Shown here: positions 39,096 to 49,553 of the stretch, piece after piece | How positions within the stretch are numbered: position 1 is the stretch's first letter | Layout: the number at the start of each line of letters is the position of its first letter | Assembly (NCBI GenBank): GCA_017443595.1 | Contig: JAFSYU010000020.1 | Location: forward strand, 1-64,000 | Origin: Clostridia bacterium | GTDB taxonomy: Bacteria; Bacillota; Clostridia; Oscillospirales; CAG-272 | Length of the DNA: 64,000 nucleotides | Direction: 5' to 3' | The notes under the pieces: generated by a model | Databases searched by the model: none | What the model was told of the DNA's origin: nothing | Seen by the model: the letters and a program-made list of their open reading frames with translations, nothing else | Program-made: the position numbers and the translations under genes

Positions 39096-39824
39096 TTAGT
39101 TCTTTGTGTTTTTTCTCATAAGAGTTATTTCGTCCGCCTCGCAGAAGCGGTCAAAATTGTCCTCCGTTATTTTGTACTCACATCCGCATCTGCAGCAGCG
39201 CAACGCAAAACAATCATATCTGACAACAAGCTCTATGTCGCCGCTGCAGTTGTTTTCCGGTTCTCCGCCCAGAAGCAGCATATTGTTCACGTCGCCTTTC
39301 GACAGCTCGTTATCCTGCTTTTCGGCACAGTCGCAGTATATCCTGCCGTCGCACATAAGCTCTTTTGTCACGGTGGATATCATAGGCAATAGCGAAAGGT
39401 CCGGAGCGACTCTGCCTGTATACTCTTCCTCGTCGTTATCAAAATAGTCAAGCGCGTCGTTTTCCTGCAGCAGATCGTATAATTCTTTTTCCGCTCTTTC
39501 AAGCTGTTCTTCCACGTTTTCCTTCGTTCCCGTAAAACAGATATCCATACCCGACATGGGACAGGCTAAAAGCGTAAGAGGTCTTTCAAGCACAGACTGT
39601 TTTGAGAGTATGAATTCGTGATCCGTACCGCATACGAAGCACGGCACGGAAAGTCTTATCTTGCCGTCTGACGTATAGGTCATTTTCATTTCACTGTCAA
39701 ATTTGGGGCATTTGAGCTTTATCATATCTCCGGACAGTGCAAATACGCCCACCATGCTCTTCACCGCCTGACCGCAGGTGGGACAGCGGTACGCCACCGT
39801 CGTGTTTTTGGGCTTGATTATCAT
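39096..39824 (-). CDS. Cys-rich hypothetical protein with multiple zinc-ribbon-like CxxC pairs
   Basis: 242 aa. CPTCGQ, CFVCG, CDGRIYCDC and CCRCGC are present. Confidence 0.5.
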   Translation of the reverse strand: MIIKPKNTTVAYRCPTCGQAVKSMVGVFALSGDMIKLKCPKFDSEMKMTYTSDGKIRLSVPCFVCGTDHEFILSKQSVLERPLTLLACPMSGMDICFTGTKENVEEQLERAEKELYDLLQENDALDYFDNDEEEYTGRVAPDLSLLPMISTVTKELMCDGRIYCDCAEKQDNELSKGDVNNMLLLGGEPENNCSGDIELVVRYDCFALRCCRCGCEYKITEDNFDRFCEADEITLMRKNTKN

Positions 39825-40645
39825 TATAAGTTCCTTTCGTAATAAAACAGATATTGCTGTGCTATTCCGGCGTACTCGCCGAGTGAAGACGTATCGAGCC
39901 TGCCGTCAAAATACTTGTCTATCGTCTTTTTTATCCAGACGTCTATCGGAAACGCGCTTGTCTTGTCAAGCGCGAAAAGCAGCGTGCATGACGCGACCTT
40001 CGGACCTACGCCCTTTATTGTGCAAAGCTCGGCCAGTCCCTGCTCGTATGTATATTCGTCTCTTATCTTACACAGGTCCATACCGTTTGTGCAGTGCTGT
40101 GCCGCGGATATGAGATAACCGGCGCGAAAACCGGTCTTTAGGGCTTTAAGTCCGTCCTCGCCCGCCGCAAGCAGTGCTTCCGGCGTCGGGAACGCGTAAT
40201 ACTTTTTGCCGCCGTACTCAAATTCTTCCCCATAGCTTTTACATACCGCGTTTATAAGCGATTTTATCCTGGGTATATTGTTATTTTGCGATATTATAAA
40301 ACTGCAAAGCGTTTCCCACGGGTCCTGGCGCAGTATCCTTATCCCGTCACCCGACTCCATGGCTTTTGTTATAACTTCATTTTCAAAGTGATTTTTTATA
40401 TCCGTGTTGACCAGATCGTAATCCGTATCAAGCCCCAGATATCTTTTCCATATATCATTATATTCGTCTTTTGTGCAGTTAAGATATACGTGTCCTTCAT
40501 CCTGCGATACGCGTAAGACTCTGCCGAAAGCGACGCCCTCCCAGACGCCGTCCCCGTCTTTTTCAAAACGGAACGCCTGGCCGCAGTCAAAGATTTTATC
40601 AAGATCAAAGTGTTTTGGCCTTTTAAGCACAAGAATATCGCCCAT
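39824..40645 (-). CDS. ogg: 8-oxoguanine DNA glycosylase/AP lyase (HhH-GPD family)
   Basis: 273 aa with the HhH-GPD motif IKGVGPKVASCTLLFALD and a catalytic Lys/Asp context. Confidence 0.75.
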   Translation of the reverse strand: MGDILVLKRPKHFDLDKIFDCGQAFRFEKDGDGVWEGVAFGRVLRVSQDEGHVYLNCTKDEYNDIWKRYLGLDTDYDLVNTDIKNHFENEVITKAMESGDGIRILRQDPWETLCSFIISQNNNIPRIKSLINAVCKSYGEEFEYGGKKYYAFPTPEALLAAGEDGLKALKTGFRAGYLISAAQHCTNGMDLCKIRDEYTYEQGLAELCTIKGVGPKVASCTLLFALDKTSAFPIDVWIKKTIDKYFDGRLDTSSLGEYAGIAQQYLFYYERNL

Positions 40646-40701
40646 AATACTTGATTTTTCCCTGTTTTTTTGATATGATATATAAAAAGGAGATTATTGT
40701 G

Positions 40702-41406
40702 ATGAAAGAACAGATATATACAATTCCCGTAAATACCGCGTTTGAAAAATCGCAGGCGGACAAAACGTGCGGATGCCCTTTCTGCACTATGAAAGAGATC
40801 TTGCAGAAAAACGAGCTTGAACTGATCACCGGCGCTTCCATGATGGAGCCGGACATACGCATAAAAACAAACGAGCTGGGCTTCTGCAAAAAGCATTACG
40901 ATATGATGCTGTTAATGAAAAACCGCCTCGGCATAGCTCTTATGCTTGAATCTCATTTAGACGAACTTGGCAAAAAAGTCAAAGCAAAAGGACTTATGCC
41001 GCTTATAAAGGGCAAAGGAAACGCGGTTTGCGAGGATCTGAAAAAGTTAGAGGAAAGCTGCTACGTCTGCGGCAAGATAGAATTCCATATAGATAAAATG
41101 TTTGAGTGCGCCGTGTTTTTGTGGAGCACGGATACGGATTTCCGCAAAAAGACCGCGGATCAGCCGTTTTTCTGTCTGCCGCATTACAGACGCTTTATAG
41201 AATACGCAAAGCGCGATATGTCAAAAAAAGATTACGACGATTTTTACAAAGCCGTATCCGGCATAGAAAACGCGTATCTTGACACTCTGCGTGAAGACGT
41301 GTCATGGTTCTGCAAGAAATTTGACTACCGCTACGCGGACGAGCCGTGGGGCAATTCAAAAGATTCCATAGAACGCGCGACTGCGTTTTTGAACGGAAGA
41401 GTGTGA
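40702..41406 (+). CDS. Hypothetical Cys-containing protein of unknown function
   Basis: 234 aa from MKEQIYT with an AAAGGAG ribosome-binding site. The listed 40651 start is an upstream extension. Confidence 0.5.
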   Translation: MKEQIYTIPVNTAFEKSQADKTCGCPFCTMKEILQKNELELITGASMMEPDIRIKTNELGFCKKHYDMMLLMKNRLGIALMLESHLDELGKKVKAKGLMPLIKGKGNAVCEDLKKLEESCYVCGKIEFHIDKMFECAVFLWSTDTDFRKKTADQPFFCLPHYRRFIEYAKRDMSKKDYDDFYKAVSGIENAYLDTLREDVSWFCKKFDYRYADEPWGNSKDSIERATAFLNGRV

Positions 41407-41532
41407 AATAAAAATTAAAAGGCGGCGGGGCGATCACAGATCGCCCGTTTCACGTTCCGCAGGAACATATCGCGTCCCGTAAGGGACATATCACCTCACA
41501 GATACGTCGCCTTTCAATATATGCTTCGCGTG

Positions 41533-42972
41533 TTATTTATACATGACCGGAAACCACTTTTCCGAGTATTCGGTAACTTCCGCTTCTTTTTCTTTATATT
41601 TTTCAAACGTGAGCTCTTTTGATATCAGATCGCTGAAAGCGCCCGCGGTGTTTGAATAAAGCGTGGGATAACCTGATCTCATAGCTATAACAAAGTCGTA
41701 ATTCGGATTGTTCATTATCACGTTCAGGCTGTTAACGGAGCCGTTGTCGCGCAGGACGTCAAGCATATTGTGATAAAGAAAATCGTATTTTATATACTCA
41801 GTTGAAGAAGCGAAAAGCGCTTCTATGAGATCTCCGGACATCCTGTCGTCCGCCGCATATTCGGGGATGCAAAGCACTACGGCGTCGTCTGAGATGTACG
41901 AGCCGTATTCTCCGTCTTTATTATATTTCGGGAACGGCAGCATTCCCCATACGACGGAAGAATCCGCCATTTCCTCCGCGGCAAACACCGTGTCTATGCA
42001 AAACAGCACTCCGCCCGCGGTAAACGTATCCGCCGGTGAATCCGATCTGAAAGGTCTTTGCAGAGTTGAAAGCAGCTCCACCTTGTTTTTGTATTCTTCC
42101 GTAAAAGTATTTGCGTACGGCGTTTTATCCATGCCGCTGTTTGCAAAGTCAAATCCGGAGCCGGATAAAAGCATCCTTTCATATTTGACGTTTTCTTTTA
42201 CAACGGCGGTGCCTTTGCCGGCTGATGAAGCGGCGGCGGCGCATTCCACGTACTTTTCAAGCGTCCATTCTCCGTCGGACACAAGAGAATACATATCGTA
42301 ACCGAGCTGTTTCGCCAGCTCTTTGTTGAAATATATGCAGTATATCTTTTCAGGCTCAAAACAGCCCTCTCCGGATAAAGCGTACGTTCCGTGGCCGGCG
42401 GAGAACGCGTTAAGCGCGTCGGCGCTGAAATAATCGGCTTTAAGGTCGAGTCCCGGCACGGTGCGCAGACTTTTTACAAGTCCGTCCGCTATAAGCGAGC
42501 CGACAAGACTGATCGGTACGGCGATAACGTCCGCAAAATACTCTTTTTTCTTAACGGCGGCTTTTAGTTTGTTGTACAGATCTTCCTCGGAAAAGCTGAC
42601 CACGTTTACGGTGGCGTCCAGTTTTTCCTTTATTTTGTCCGCGCGCACGACCCTGTCCGACGTGAGCGGAGTTGCGGAGCCGTCGCCTTCATAAAACAGC
42701 GTATCGGTCGCGGCAACGAGTATGCGCATGCCGGAGTATTTAAGGGCGTCAAGCTGCTGCAGCGTGTCGTCCGCGTTTTTTTTCATTTCATCCGAAGTCT
42801 TTTTGTCAACTACTATCTCTTTGACCTCGTTCGTGTCCGTCCCTTCCTGCGTGTCATCTTCCGCGGTCGTTACGGTCTCTTTGCCGTCTACGTTGTTTAT
42901 GATTATAATACCGCAGGACTGCAAACACAAAAGGACGGCGGCGAAAACGGCTAACAATTTAAGTCTTTTCAT
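41533..42972 (-). CDS. ABC transporter extracellular solute-binding lipoprotein
   Basis: 479 aa with a lipoprotein signal peptide (LLCLQSCG). Confidence 0.65.
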   Translation of the reverse strand: MKRLKLLAVFAAVLLCLQSCGIIIINNVDGKETVTTAEDDTQEGTDTNEVKEIVVDKKTSDEMKKNADDTLQQLDALKYSGMRILVAATDTLFYEGDGSATPLTSDRVVRADKIKEKLDATVNVVSFSEEDLYNKLKAAVKKKEYFADVIAVPISLVGSLIADGLVKSLRTVPGLDLKADYFSADALNAFSAGHGTYALSGEGCFEPEKIYCIYFNKELAKQLGYDMYSLVSDGEWTLEKYVECAAAASSAGKGTAVVKENVKYERMLLSGSGFDFANSGMDKTPYANTFTEEYKNKVELLSTLQRPFRSDSPADTFTAGGVLFCIDTVFAAEEMADSSVVWGMLPFPKYNKDGEYGSYISDDAVVLCIPEYAADDRMSGDLIEALFASSTEYIKYDFLYHNMLDVLRDNGSVNSLNVIMNNPNYDFVIAMRSGYPTLYSNTAGAFSDLISKELTFEKYKEKEAEVTEYSEKWFPVMYK

Positions 42973-43796
42973 ACCTGCTCTATAAGATCCATCGCTGCTT
43001 TCATGATATCCGATCCGTCGTAATCCTCTATCCTTCCCGTATCGGCAAGGTTTGCAAGCGCCGGATCTATCGGTATGCGCGCAAGCACCGGCAGACCGAA
43101 TTCAACGGCAGCGGCGTCCGCGGAGCCTTTACCGAATATATAATGCTCTTTTCCGCAGTCCGGGCATTTGAAATAACTGAAGTTTTCCACAAGACCGATT
43201 ATGGGCACGTTCATCATCTTTGCCATATTAACAGCCTTTGAAACGATAAGCGAAACGAGCTCCTGCGGGCTTGTTACTATGATTATCCCGTCAAGCGGTA
43301 TGGACTGGAACACGGTAAGCGGAACGTCGCCCGTTCCGGGAGGCATATCCACGTACATGAAGTCCACGTTGCCCCATATAACGTCCGTCCAGAACTGTTT
43401 TACGGTGCCGGATATGACCGGTCCGCGCCAGACGACCGGGGATTTTTCATTTTCAAGCAGAAGATTTACGGATATTACCTCTATTCCCTTTTTTGAAGTG
43501 AACGGGATAATGCCGAGGTCGTCTCCGTCGCAAAGACCGTGAAGCCCGAAAGCCTTCGGGATAGACGGTCCGGTCACGTCCGCGTCAAGTATCGCGGTCC
43601 TGTGACCTCTTTTTGCGCTCTCCGCCGCCAACAGCGACGTTACGAGAGATTTGCCTACGCCGCCCTTGCCGGAAACGACGCCTATAACCTTTTTTACGTT
43701 TGAGTATTGATTGCACGGTTCTTTTTGCGGAACGCGCGACGAGCAGTTTTCACTGCAGGACGAGCAATCGTGAGTACAGTTTTCAGCCATGATCAT
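42969..43796 (-). CDS. Mrp/NBP35/ApbC-family Fe-S cluster carrier ATPase
   Basis: 275 aa with a Cys-rich N-terminus and the deviant Walker A VSGKGGVGKS. Confidence 0.8.
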   Translation of the reverse strand: MIMAENCTHDCSSCSENCSSRVPQKEPCNQYSNVKKVIGVVSGKGGVGKSLVTSLLAAESAKRGHRTAILDADVTGPSIPKAFGLHGLCDGDDLGIIPFTSKKGIEVISVNLLLENEKSPVVWRGPVISGTVKQFWTDVIWGNVDFMYVDMPPGTGDVPLTVFQSIPLDGIIIVTSPQELVSLIVSKAVNMAKMMNVPIIGLVENFSYFKCPDCGKEHYIFGKGSADAAAVEFGLPVLARIPIDPALANLADTGRIEDYDGSDIMKAAMDLIEQV

Positions 43797-43968
43797 TTTT
43801 CCTTTTAAATAAAATGCTTTGTTATTGTTTAATTATAACCTCAAAACTGTCTTATATCAACAAAATTTAGTGGATTTTTTATTAAAAATATTGTGAGGAG
43901 TTGATTATTTCATACTCTTGTGGTAAAATAGATGAAAAAAAGCGGTTTTTTTCTTAAAAGAGGCAAAT

Positions 43969-44166
43969 ATGGACGTGATAAGGATCAATGAAAACGACGT
44001 TCTTGAACTTAAAAAGAAGCATCCGTGCGGTTCTTTTTTGTTCAAAGTCATAAGGACCGGTTCGGACGTAAGGATAATATGTCAGGGCTGCGGACGCGAC
44101 CTGACTCTGCCGCGCGAAAAACTTGAAAAAAGCATAAAAAAGATCGTTGGTAAAGAAAATGACTGA
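43969..44166 (+). CDS. DUF951-family small protein
   Basis: 65 aa with a CGSF…CQGCGR zinc-ribbon-like motif. It overlaps the prfA start. Confidence 0.5.
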   Translation: MDVIRINENDVLELKKKHPCGSFLFKVIRTGSDVRIICQGCGRDLTLPREKLEKSIKKIVGKEND

Positions 44167-45229
44167 AAAACTTGATCAGATAGTTGAAAAACTGAATAAA
44201 ATAGACGCGGAGCTGCTCGATCCCGCGGTCGTTTCCGATCCCGCCAAGTACCGCGAGCTTATGAAGGAGCGCAAAAACATCCTTCCCGTAGTTGAAAAAT
44301 ACATGGAATACAAATCGCATCTGCAAAGCAGGGCGGAAGCGGAGGAGATATTATCCTCCGGCGACAGCGAGCTTTACGAGCTTGCAAAAGCCGAGCTTGA
44401 CGAAGCCGAGGAAAATATCAAAAAAAGCTATGAAGAATTAAAAATACTGCTTTTGCCGCGCGACCCGAACGACGACAAAAATGTCGTTATAGAAATACGC
44501 GGCGGCGCGGGCGGCGACGAGGCTGCGCTTTTCTCATACGTTTTGTACCGTATGTACTGTATGTACGCGGACAGTATGAAATGGAAAACGGAGCTTATGT
44601 ACTGCAATGAAACGGAGCTGGGCGGATTTAAGGAAGTGTCGTTTACCATAACCGGCGACGGCGCGTATTCGCGGCTCAAATTCGAATCCGGCGTCCACCG
44701 CGTTCAGCGCGTGCCGGAGACGGAGGCGCAGGGGCGCATACACACCTCCACCGTCACGGTCGCGGTGCTTCCCGAAGCGGATGACGTTGAGGTGGAGATA
44801 AACCCGGCTGATATAAAATTCGAGACGTGCAAATCAAGCGGCGCGGGCGGTCAGCATATAAACAAGACCGAATCCGCCATACGCCTGTATCACAAACCCA
44901 CGGGTATTATAATCGAATGTCAGGACGAGCGCAGCCAGTTCAAAAACAAGGACAAAGCGTTAAAACTGCTGAAAACGAAGCTCTACGATATGAAGCGCCG
45001 GGAACAGCACGATAAAATAGCAAACGAGCGCAAAAGCCAGGTCGGCACGGGCGACAGAAGCGAGCGTATCCGCACGTATAACTACCCGCAGAGCCGCGTC
45101 ACCGATCACCGCATAAATATGACTGTATACTCGCTTGAATCGTTTTTGAACGGCGACATGAACGCGATGATAGACGCGCTGATAACCGCGGACACGGCGG
45201 CAAAACTGTCTATGGAGACGGAGAATTGA
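44147..45229 (+). CDS. prfA: Peptide chain release factor 1
   Basis: 360 aa with GGQ (SSGAGGQHINKTESA) and an RF1-type tripeptide region (RVQRVPETEAQGRIHTST). Confidence 0.9.
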   Translation: MVKKMTEKLDQIVEKLNKIDAELLDPAVVSDPAKYRELMKERKNILPVVEKYMEYKSHLQSRAEAEEILSSGDSELYELAKAELDEAEENIKKSYEELKILLLPRDPNDDKNVVIEIRGGAGGDEAALFSYVLYRMYCMYADSMKWKTELMYCNETELGGFKEVSFTITGDGAYSRLKFESGVHRVQRVPETEAQGRIHTSTVTVAVLPEADDVEVEINPADIKFETCKSSGAGGQHINKTESAIRLYHKPTGIIIECQDERSQFKNKDKALKLLKTKLYDMKRREQHDKIANERKSQVGTGDRSERIRTYNYPQSRVTDHRINMTVYSLESFLNGDMNAMIDALITADTAAKLSMETEN

Positions 45230-46836
45230 AAACACTTTATCTTACTTCAAAAGAAAACGATATAAAAACCGCGGCACAGATCATTCTGAGCGGCGGTACC
45301 GTCGCGTTCCCGACTGAGACGGTGTACGGCTTAGGCGGCGACGCAACGAGGCCGGACTGCGCAAAAAAGATATACGCGTCAAAAGGCAGACCGTCCGACA
45401 ATCCGCTTATAATACACCTGTCAAAAGCCGAAGAAGCGGAAAAATACGCGTACACGAACGATATATATTACAAATTGACAAACGCGTTCTGCCCCGGGCC
45501 TTTGACCGTGATCCTGCCTAAAAAGGATATCATCCCGTATGAAGTGACCGGCGGGCTTGACACGGTTGCGGTAAGGATACCGTCGCACCCGGTCGCACGG
45601 GCGTTTATTGAAGCGTGCGACGTCGCGATCGCCGCTCCGTCAGCCAACCGTTCCGGTTCTCCGTCGCCTACGAGCGCAAAGCACGTAAAAGACGATCTTG
45701 ACGGGAAAATAGACGCGCTGATAGACGGCGGCCGGTGCGAAATAGGGCTTGAATCAACTATCGTGAAACTGAAAGACGGCTTTGCCGTCATACTGCGTCC
45801 GGGCGCCGTTACGGAGGAAATGCTCTCGGCGGTCGTTCCCGTAAGACGCGACGGCAGCCTTTACGTAAAGCCGGATGAAAACGTACGTCCGGAAGCGCCG
45901 GGCATGAAATACCGTCATTACGCGCCGGACATGCCCGTGACGCTTCTGAAAGGCCCGCATAACGACGTTGTTTCGTATATGAAAAACAGGCTTGAAGAAG
46001 ATGAAAGCACGGGTATCATCTGCCTGCAAAGCGATGAAAAATATTTACGCGGCAAAAACGTAAAATATATGCCAAACGACGCGGCGGGACAGGCAAACAG
46101 CCTGTTTGCGCTTCTGCGCGAATATAAGGGAACGGATGCGAAACGTATTTATTCCGTAACGCCGTCGCGCACGGGGCTCGGGCTTGCCGTATGCAACCGC
46201 CTGACTAAAGCGGCCGGATTCGATATTGAATACGTGGGTATAACGATACCCGTTCTCGGACTTACCGGGCAGAGCGGCGCGGGAAAAAGCACGGCGGCAA
46301 AATATTTTGCAAAGCTCGGAGCGTACGTATGCGACTGCGATGAGATATACCACGGTATGCTGTACAGGAATTCGCCCATGATAAAAGAGCTTAAAAAGCA
46401 TTTTCCGTTTGCCGTTAAGGACGGCGCGCTTGACAGACCGGCTCTTGCGGAAGCGGTGTTTTCCGATAAAGAAAAGCTTTCCCTGCTCAATTCGATAACG
46501 CACGGCGTCATACTTGACGAGGTGAGAAAACGGCTTTACGAAGCGCAGGATAAAGGATATAAATTCGCGGTGGTCGACGCGTCGCAGCTGTTTGAATCCG
46601 GTTACGACGCGGAATGTACGGCGGTCATAGGCGTGTGCGCGGACGAGGAAACGCGCATAAAAAGGATAACGGAGCGGGACGGGATAAGCCGTCAAAAAGC
46701 GTTGTCCCGCATAACCGGTCAGCATAACGAGGACTTTTTCCGCGTATATTGTGATACGGTGATTGAAAACGACGGGGACGAGGCAAAGCTTGAAGGCGAG
46801 GCCGCCCGCACGGTAAGCAGATACATAAAGGAATAA
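45226..46836 (+). CDS. Fusion of L-threonylcarbamoyladenylate synthase (Sua5/YrdC/TsaC) and dephospho-CoA kinase (CoaE)
   Basis: 536 aa. The YrdC domain (GGTVAFPTETVYGLGGDA, KGRPSDNPLIIH) and a Sua5 C-domain are followed by a CoaE P-loop LTGQSGAGKST from about aa 330. The ORF is continuous. Confidence 0.7.
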   Translation: MKTLYLTSKENDIKTAAQIILSGGTVAFPTETVYGLGGDATRPDCAKKIYASKGRPSDNPLIIHLSKAEEAEKYAYTNDIYYKLTNAFCPGPLTVILPKKDIIPYEVTGGLDTVAVRIPSHPVARAFIEACDVAIAAPSANRSGSPSPTSAKHVKDDLDGKIDALIDGGRCEIGLESTIVKLKDGFAVILRPGAVTEEMLSAVVPVRRDGSLYVKPDENVRPEAPGMKYRHYAPDMPVTLLKGPHNDVVSYMKNRLEEDESTGIICLQSDEKYLRGKNVKYMPNDAAGQANSLFALLREYKGTDAKRIYSVTPSRTGLGLAVCNRLTKAAGFDIEYVGITIPVLGLTGQSGAGKSTAAKYFAKLGAYVCDCDEIYHGMLYRNSPMIKELKKHFPFAVKDGALDRPALAEAVFSDKEKLSLLNSITHGVILDEVRKRLYEAQDKGYKFAVVDASQLFESGYDAECTAVIGVCADEETRIKRITERDGISRQKALSRITGQHNEDFFRVYCDTVIENDGDEAKLEGEAARTVSRYIKE

Positions 46837-46838
46837 AT

Positions 46839-47411
46839 ATGAAACAGGCAATAAAACGCAGCGTTGCCGCAATAGTTTTAGTCGCGCTCGCGGTAGCGTC
46901 CGGCTTCGGCATACAGCAGCTTTATTATGCGATACAGAATAAAAACTACCCCACGGCATATTCGGAATACGTTGACAAATATTCCGAGCAGTACAGCGTG
47001 CCGAAGGACGTTATTTACGCCGTCATAAAGGTGGAAAGCAATTTCAGATACGACGCGGAATCTTACAAAAAAGCCCGCGGACTGATGCAGCTCATGCCCG
47101 GCACGTACGAGTGGATGTGCGGCAGGGAGAAGATAGATCCGGGGGCGTACAGCATTGACGATCCGGAGATGAACATAAGGATAGGCACGTGTTATCTTGC
47201 ATATCTTTACGGAGAATTTGAGATATGGGACACCGTGTTCGCGGCTTATAACGCCGGTCACGGCATAGTGCGGCAGTGGCTTGCAGACGAGCAGTACGGC
47301 AAGGACGGACATCTTATAAACATACCGTATCCGGAGACCTCCTCGTTCGTAAAAAAAGTCGCGGACGCAAGAGCTGTGTATGAAAAGATACTGAAGCGCA
47401 GTGAAAAATAA
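46839..47411 (+). CDS. Lytic transglycosylase (SLT domain)
   Basis: 190 aa. ESNFRYDAES and GLMQLMPGT are SLT catalytic motifs. Confidence 0.8.
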   Translation: MKQAIKRSVAAIVLVALAVASGFGIQQLYYAIQNKNYPTAYSEYVDKYSEQYSVPKDVIYAVIKVESNFRYDAESYKKARGLMQLMPGTYEWMCGREKIDPGAYSIDDPEMNIRIGTCYLAYLYGEFEIWDTVFAAYNAGHGIVRQWLADEQYGKDGHLINIPYPETSSFVKKVADARAVYEKILKRSEK

Positions 47412-47416
47412 CGCTG

Positions 47417-47450
47417 TGACGGGCGGCCGGCGGCCGCCCGTTTTATTTGT
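47417..47450 (+). terminator. Rho-independent terminator
   Basis: Palindrome GGGCGGCCGGCGGCCGCCC followed by TTTTATTT. Confidence 0.7.
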
Positions 47451-47587
47451 TGCGTCTGTTTTTCACGTTTGCATAAACTGCGCGGTACATAAGCGAAAAA
47501 ATGCATTATTTCAGTTGTTTTATGCGGCAAAATATGCATAAAATGCAGGAAACGCCTTAAAATATTTCAAAAATTAAATAAAAGTAG

Positions 47588-47616
47588 TTGACAAGAACGT
47601 ATTATTGTGATAAAAT
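47588..47616 (+). promoter_or_regulatory. Sigma-A promoter for the ABC transporter operon
   Basis: TTGACA, a 17-bp spacer, and an extended -10 TGaTAAAAT. Confidence 0.55.
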
Positions 47617-47652
47617 CATCTCAATTATTTAATACCGAAAGGAAAAAATAAA

Positions 47653-48615
47653 ATGAAAAAAACTTTATCGGCAATTTTAGCAGTTATACTCTGCGCATCG
47701 TTCTGCCTGCTTGCGGCGTCATGTAATTCAACCGGTAAGAAATACACGGTAGGCATAGTCCAGCTCGTACAGCACGTGGCGCTTGACGCCGCTACCGACG
47801 GCTTTAAAAAAGCCCTTACCGATAAACTCGGTGAAGGCAACGTAACGTTTGATTATCAAAACGCGTCCGGCGACACGGCAAACTGCGCAACGATAGTAAA
47901 CGGCTTTGTTTCAAACAAGGTAGACCTTATAATGGCTAACGCTACTCCGGCTCTCCAGGCGGCTTACAACGCCACCCGGACGATACCGATACTCGGAACG
48001 TCCGTCACGGAATACGGCGTCGCTCTCGGCATAGAGAACTTCAACGGCACGGTCGGTTCAAACGTTTCCGGTACGTCAGACCTTGCTCCGCTTGACGAGC
48101 AGGCTCAGATGATAATAGACCTGTTCCCCGAGGCAAAGACTGTCGGTCTGCTTTACTGCAACGCCGAGGCTAACTCGCAGTATCAGGTAAAGGTCGTCAA
48201 GGAATATCTTGAGGCAAAAGGCATAACCTGCAAGACCTATACGTTCAGCGACTCTAACGACATTTCAGCCGTTACGACAGCCGCCGCTGCGGAAATAGAC
48301 GTGCTCTATATCCCGACGGACAACGCCGCCGCAGCTTCCGCTGAAATAATAGGCAATATTTTAAGAGACAAGAAAATACCCGCTGTAGCAGGCGAAGAAG
48401 GCATCTGCACAAAGTGCGGCGTTGCCACGCTTTCCATAAGCTACTACGATCTCGGTTACAAGACCGGTGAGATGGCGGCGGATATACTCAAGGGCGACAA
48501 GAAGATAGAAGAAATGCCTATCGCATACGCCCCCACCACTAAAAAATACAACAAGACCATAGCGGATGAACTTGGCGTCACGATCCCCGAAGGATACGTA
48601 GCGATAGAACAGTAA
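47653..48615 (+). CDS. ABC transporter substrate-binding lipoprotein (COG2984/TrpX-like)
   Basis: 320 aa with lipoprotein signal ASCNS. It is the first of three co-oriented ABC genes. Confidence 0.7.
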   Translation: MKKTLSAILAVILCASFCLLAASCNSTGKKYTVGIVQLVQHVALDAATDGFKKALTDKLGEGNVTFDYQNASGDTANCATIVNGFVSNKVDLIMANATPALQAAYNATRTIPILGTSVTEYGVALGIENFNGTVGSNVSGTSDLAPLDEQAQMIIDLFPEAKTVGLLYCNAEANSQYQVKVVKEYLEAKGITCKTYTFSDSNDISAVTTAAAAEIDVLYIPTDNAAAASAEIIGNILRDKKIPAVAGEEGICTKCGVATLSISYYDLGYKTGEMAADILKGDKKIEEMPIAYAPTTKKYNKTIADELGVTIPEGYVAIEQ

Positions 48616-48653
48616 CCGCAAAACGGCCGGAAGGCTGAAAGGATTTATACAGC

Positions 48654-49553
48654 ATGGGTAATTTTCTCGGAAGTATGCCCGGAGCCATAGCACAGGGACT
48701 TATCTGGGGCATAATGGCTATAGGCGTTTACATAACGTTTCGAATACTTGACATAGCCGACCTTACCGTTGACGGTACGGTATGTACGGGCGCGGCCGTT
48801 TGCGCCGTTCTCGTCGCATCCGGCGTCAACGTATGGCTTGCAATACTTATCGCCACGCTCGCGGGAATACTCGCCGGGTGTATCACCTGGTTCTTCCACG
48901 TGATACTCGGCATACCGGCTATACTCGCCGGAATACTGACGCAGCTTATGCTGTGGTCCGTAAACTTAAAAATAATGGGCGGCGCTAACAAGCCGCTTTC
49001 GGCAAGAAACCTTTACGTGCTTTTAACACAGATGGACGTGCCGCGTTCACTGATATTCTTAGGGATAGCGGCGGTCATCATAATAGCTTTGCTGTATCTG
49101 TTCTTCGGCACGGAGATAGGCTGCGCCATACGCGCTACCGGCTGCAACGGCGCAATGAGCCGCGCGCAGGGCATAAACACCGACCTTATGAAGCTGCTCG
49201 GTCTTGCGCTGTCAAACGGTATAGTCGCTTTGGCGGGTTCGATCCTCTGTCAGTATCAGGGCTTTTCCGATATCAATATGGGAAAAGGCGCGATAGTCAC
49301 CGGACTTGCGTCCGTTATAATAGGCGAGGCGGTAGTCAAGCGCATAAGCAAAAACTTTGCCGTTAAGCTCGCCGGCGTTTTCATAGGTTCCGTGATATAC
49401 TGGATAGTATATCAGACGGTAGTGTTCTTCAAAGTGGACACGGACCTTCTGAAAATGCTTTCCGCTCTGCTCGTCGCCGTATTCCTGGGTATCCCGTATC
49501 TTAAAAAGAAAATAGGCGGGAAAAAGAACAAGGGAGGCGCCGTAAATGGATAA
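48654..49553 (+). CDS. ABC transporter permease (COG4120-like)
   Basis: 299 aa, polytopic. Confidence 0.7.
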   Translation: MGNFLGSMPGAIAQGLIWGIMAIGVYITFRILDIADLTVDGTVCTGAAVCAVLVASGVNVWLAILIATLAGILAGCITWFFHVILGIPAILAGILTQLMLWSVNLKIMGGANKPLSARNLYVLLTQMDVPRSLIFLGIAAVIIIALLYLFFGTEIGCAIRATGCNGAMSRAQGINTDLMKLLGLALSNGIVALAGSILCQYQGFSDINMGKGAIVTGLASVIIGEAVVKRISKNFAVKLAGVFIGSVIYWIVYQTVVFFKVDTDLLKMLSALLVAVFLGIPYLKKKIGGKKNKGGAVNG

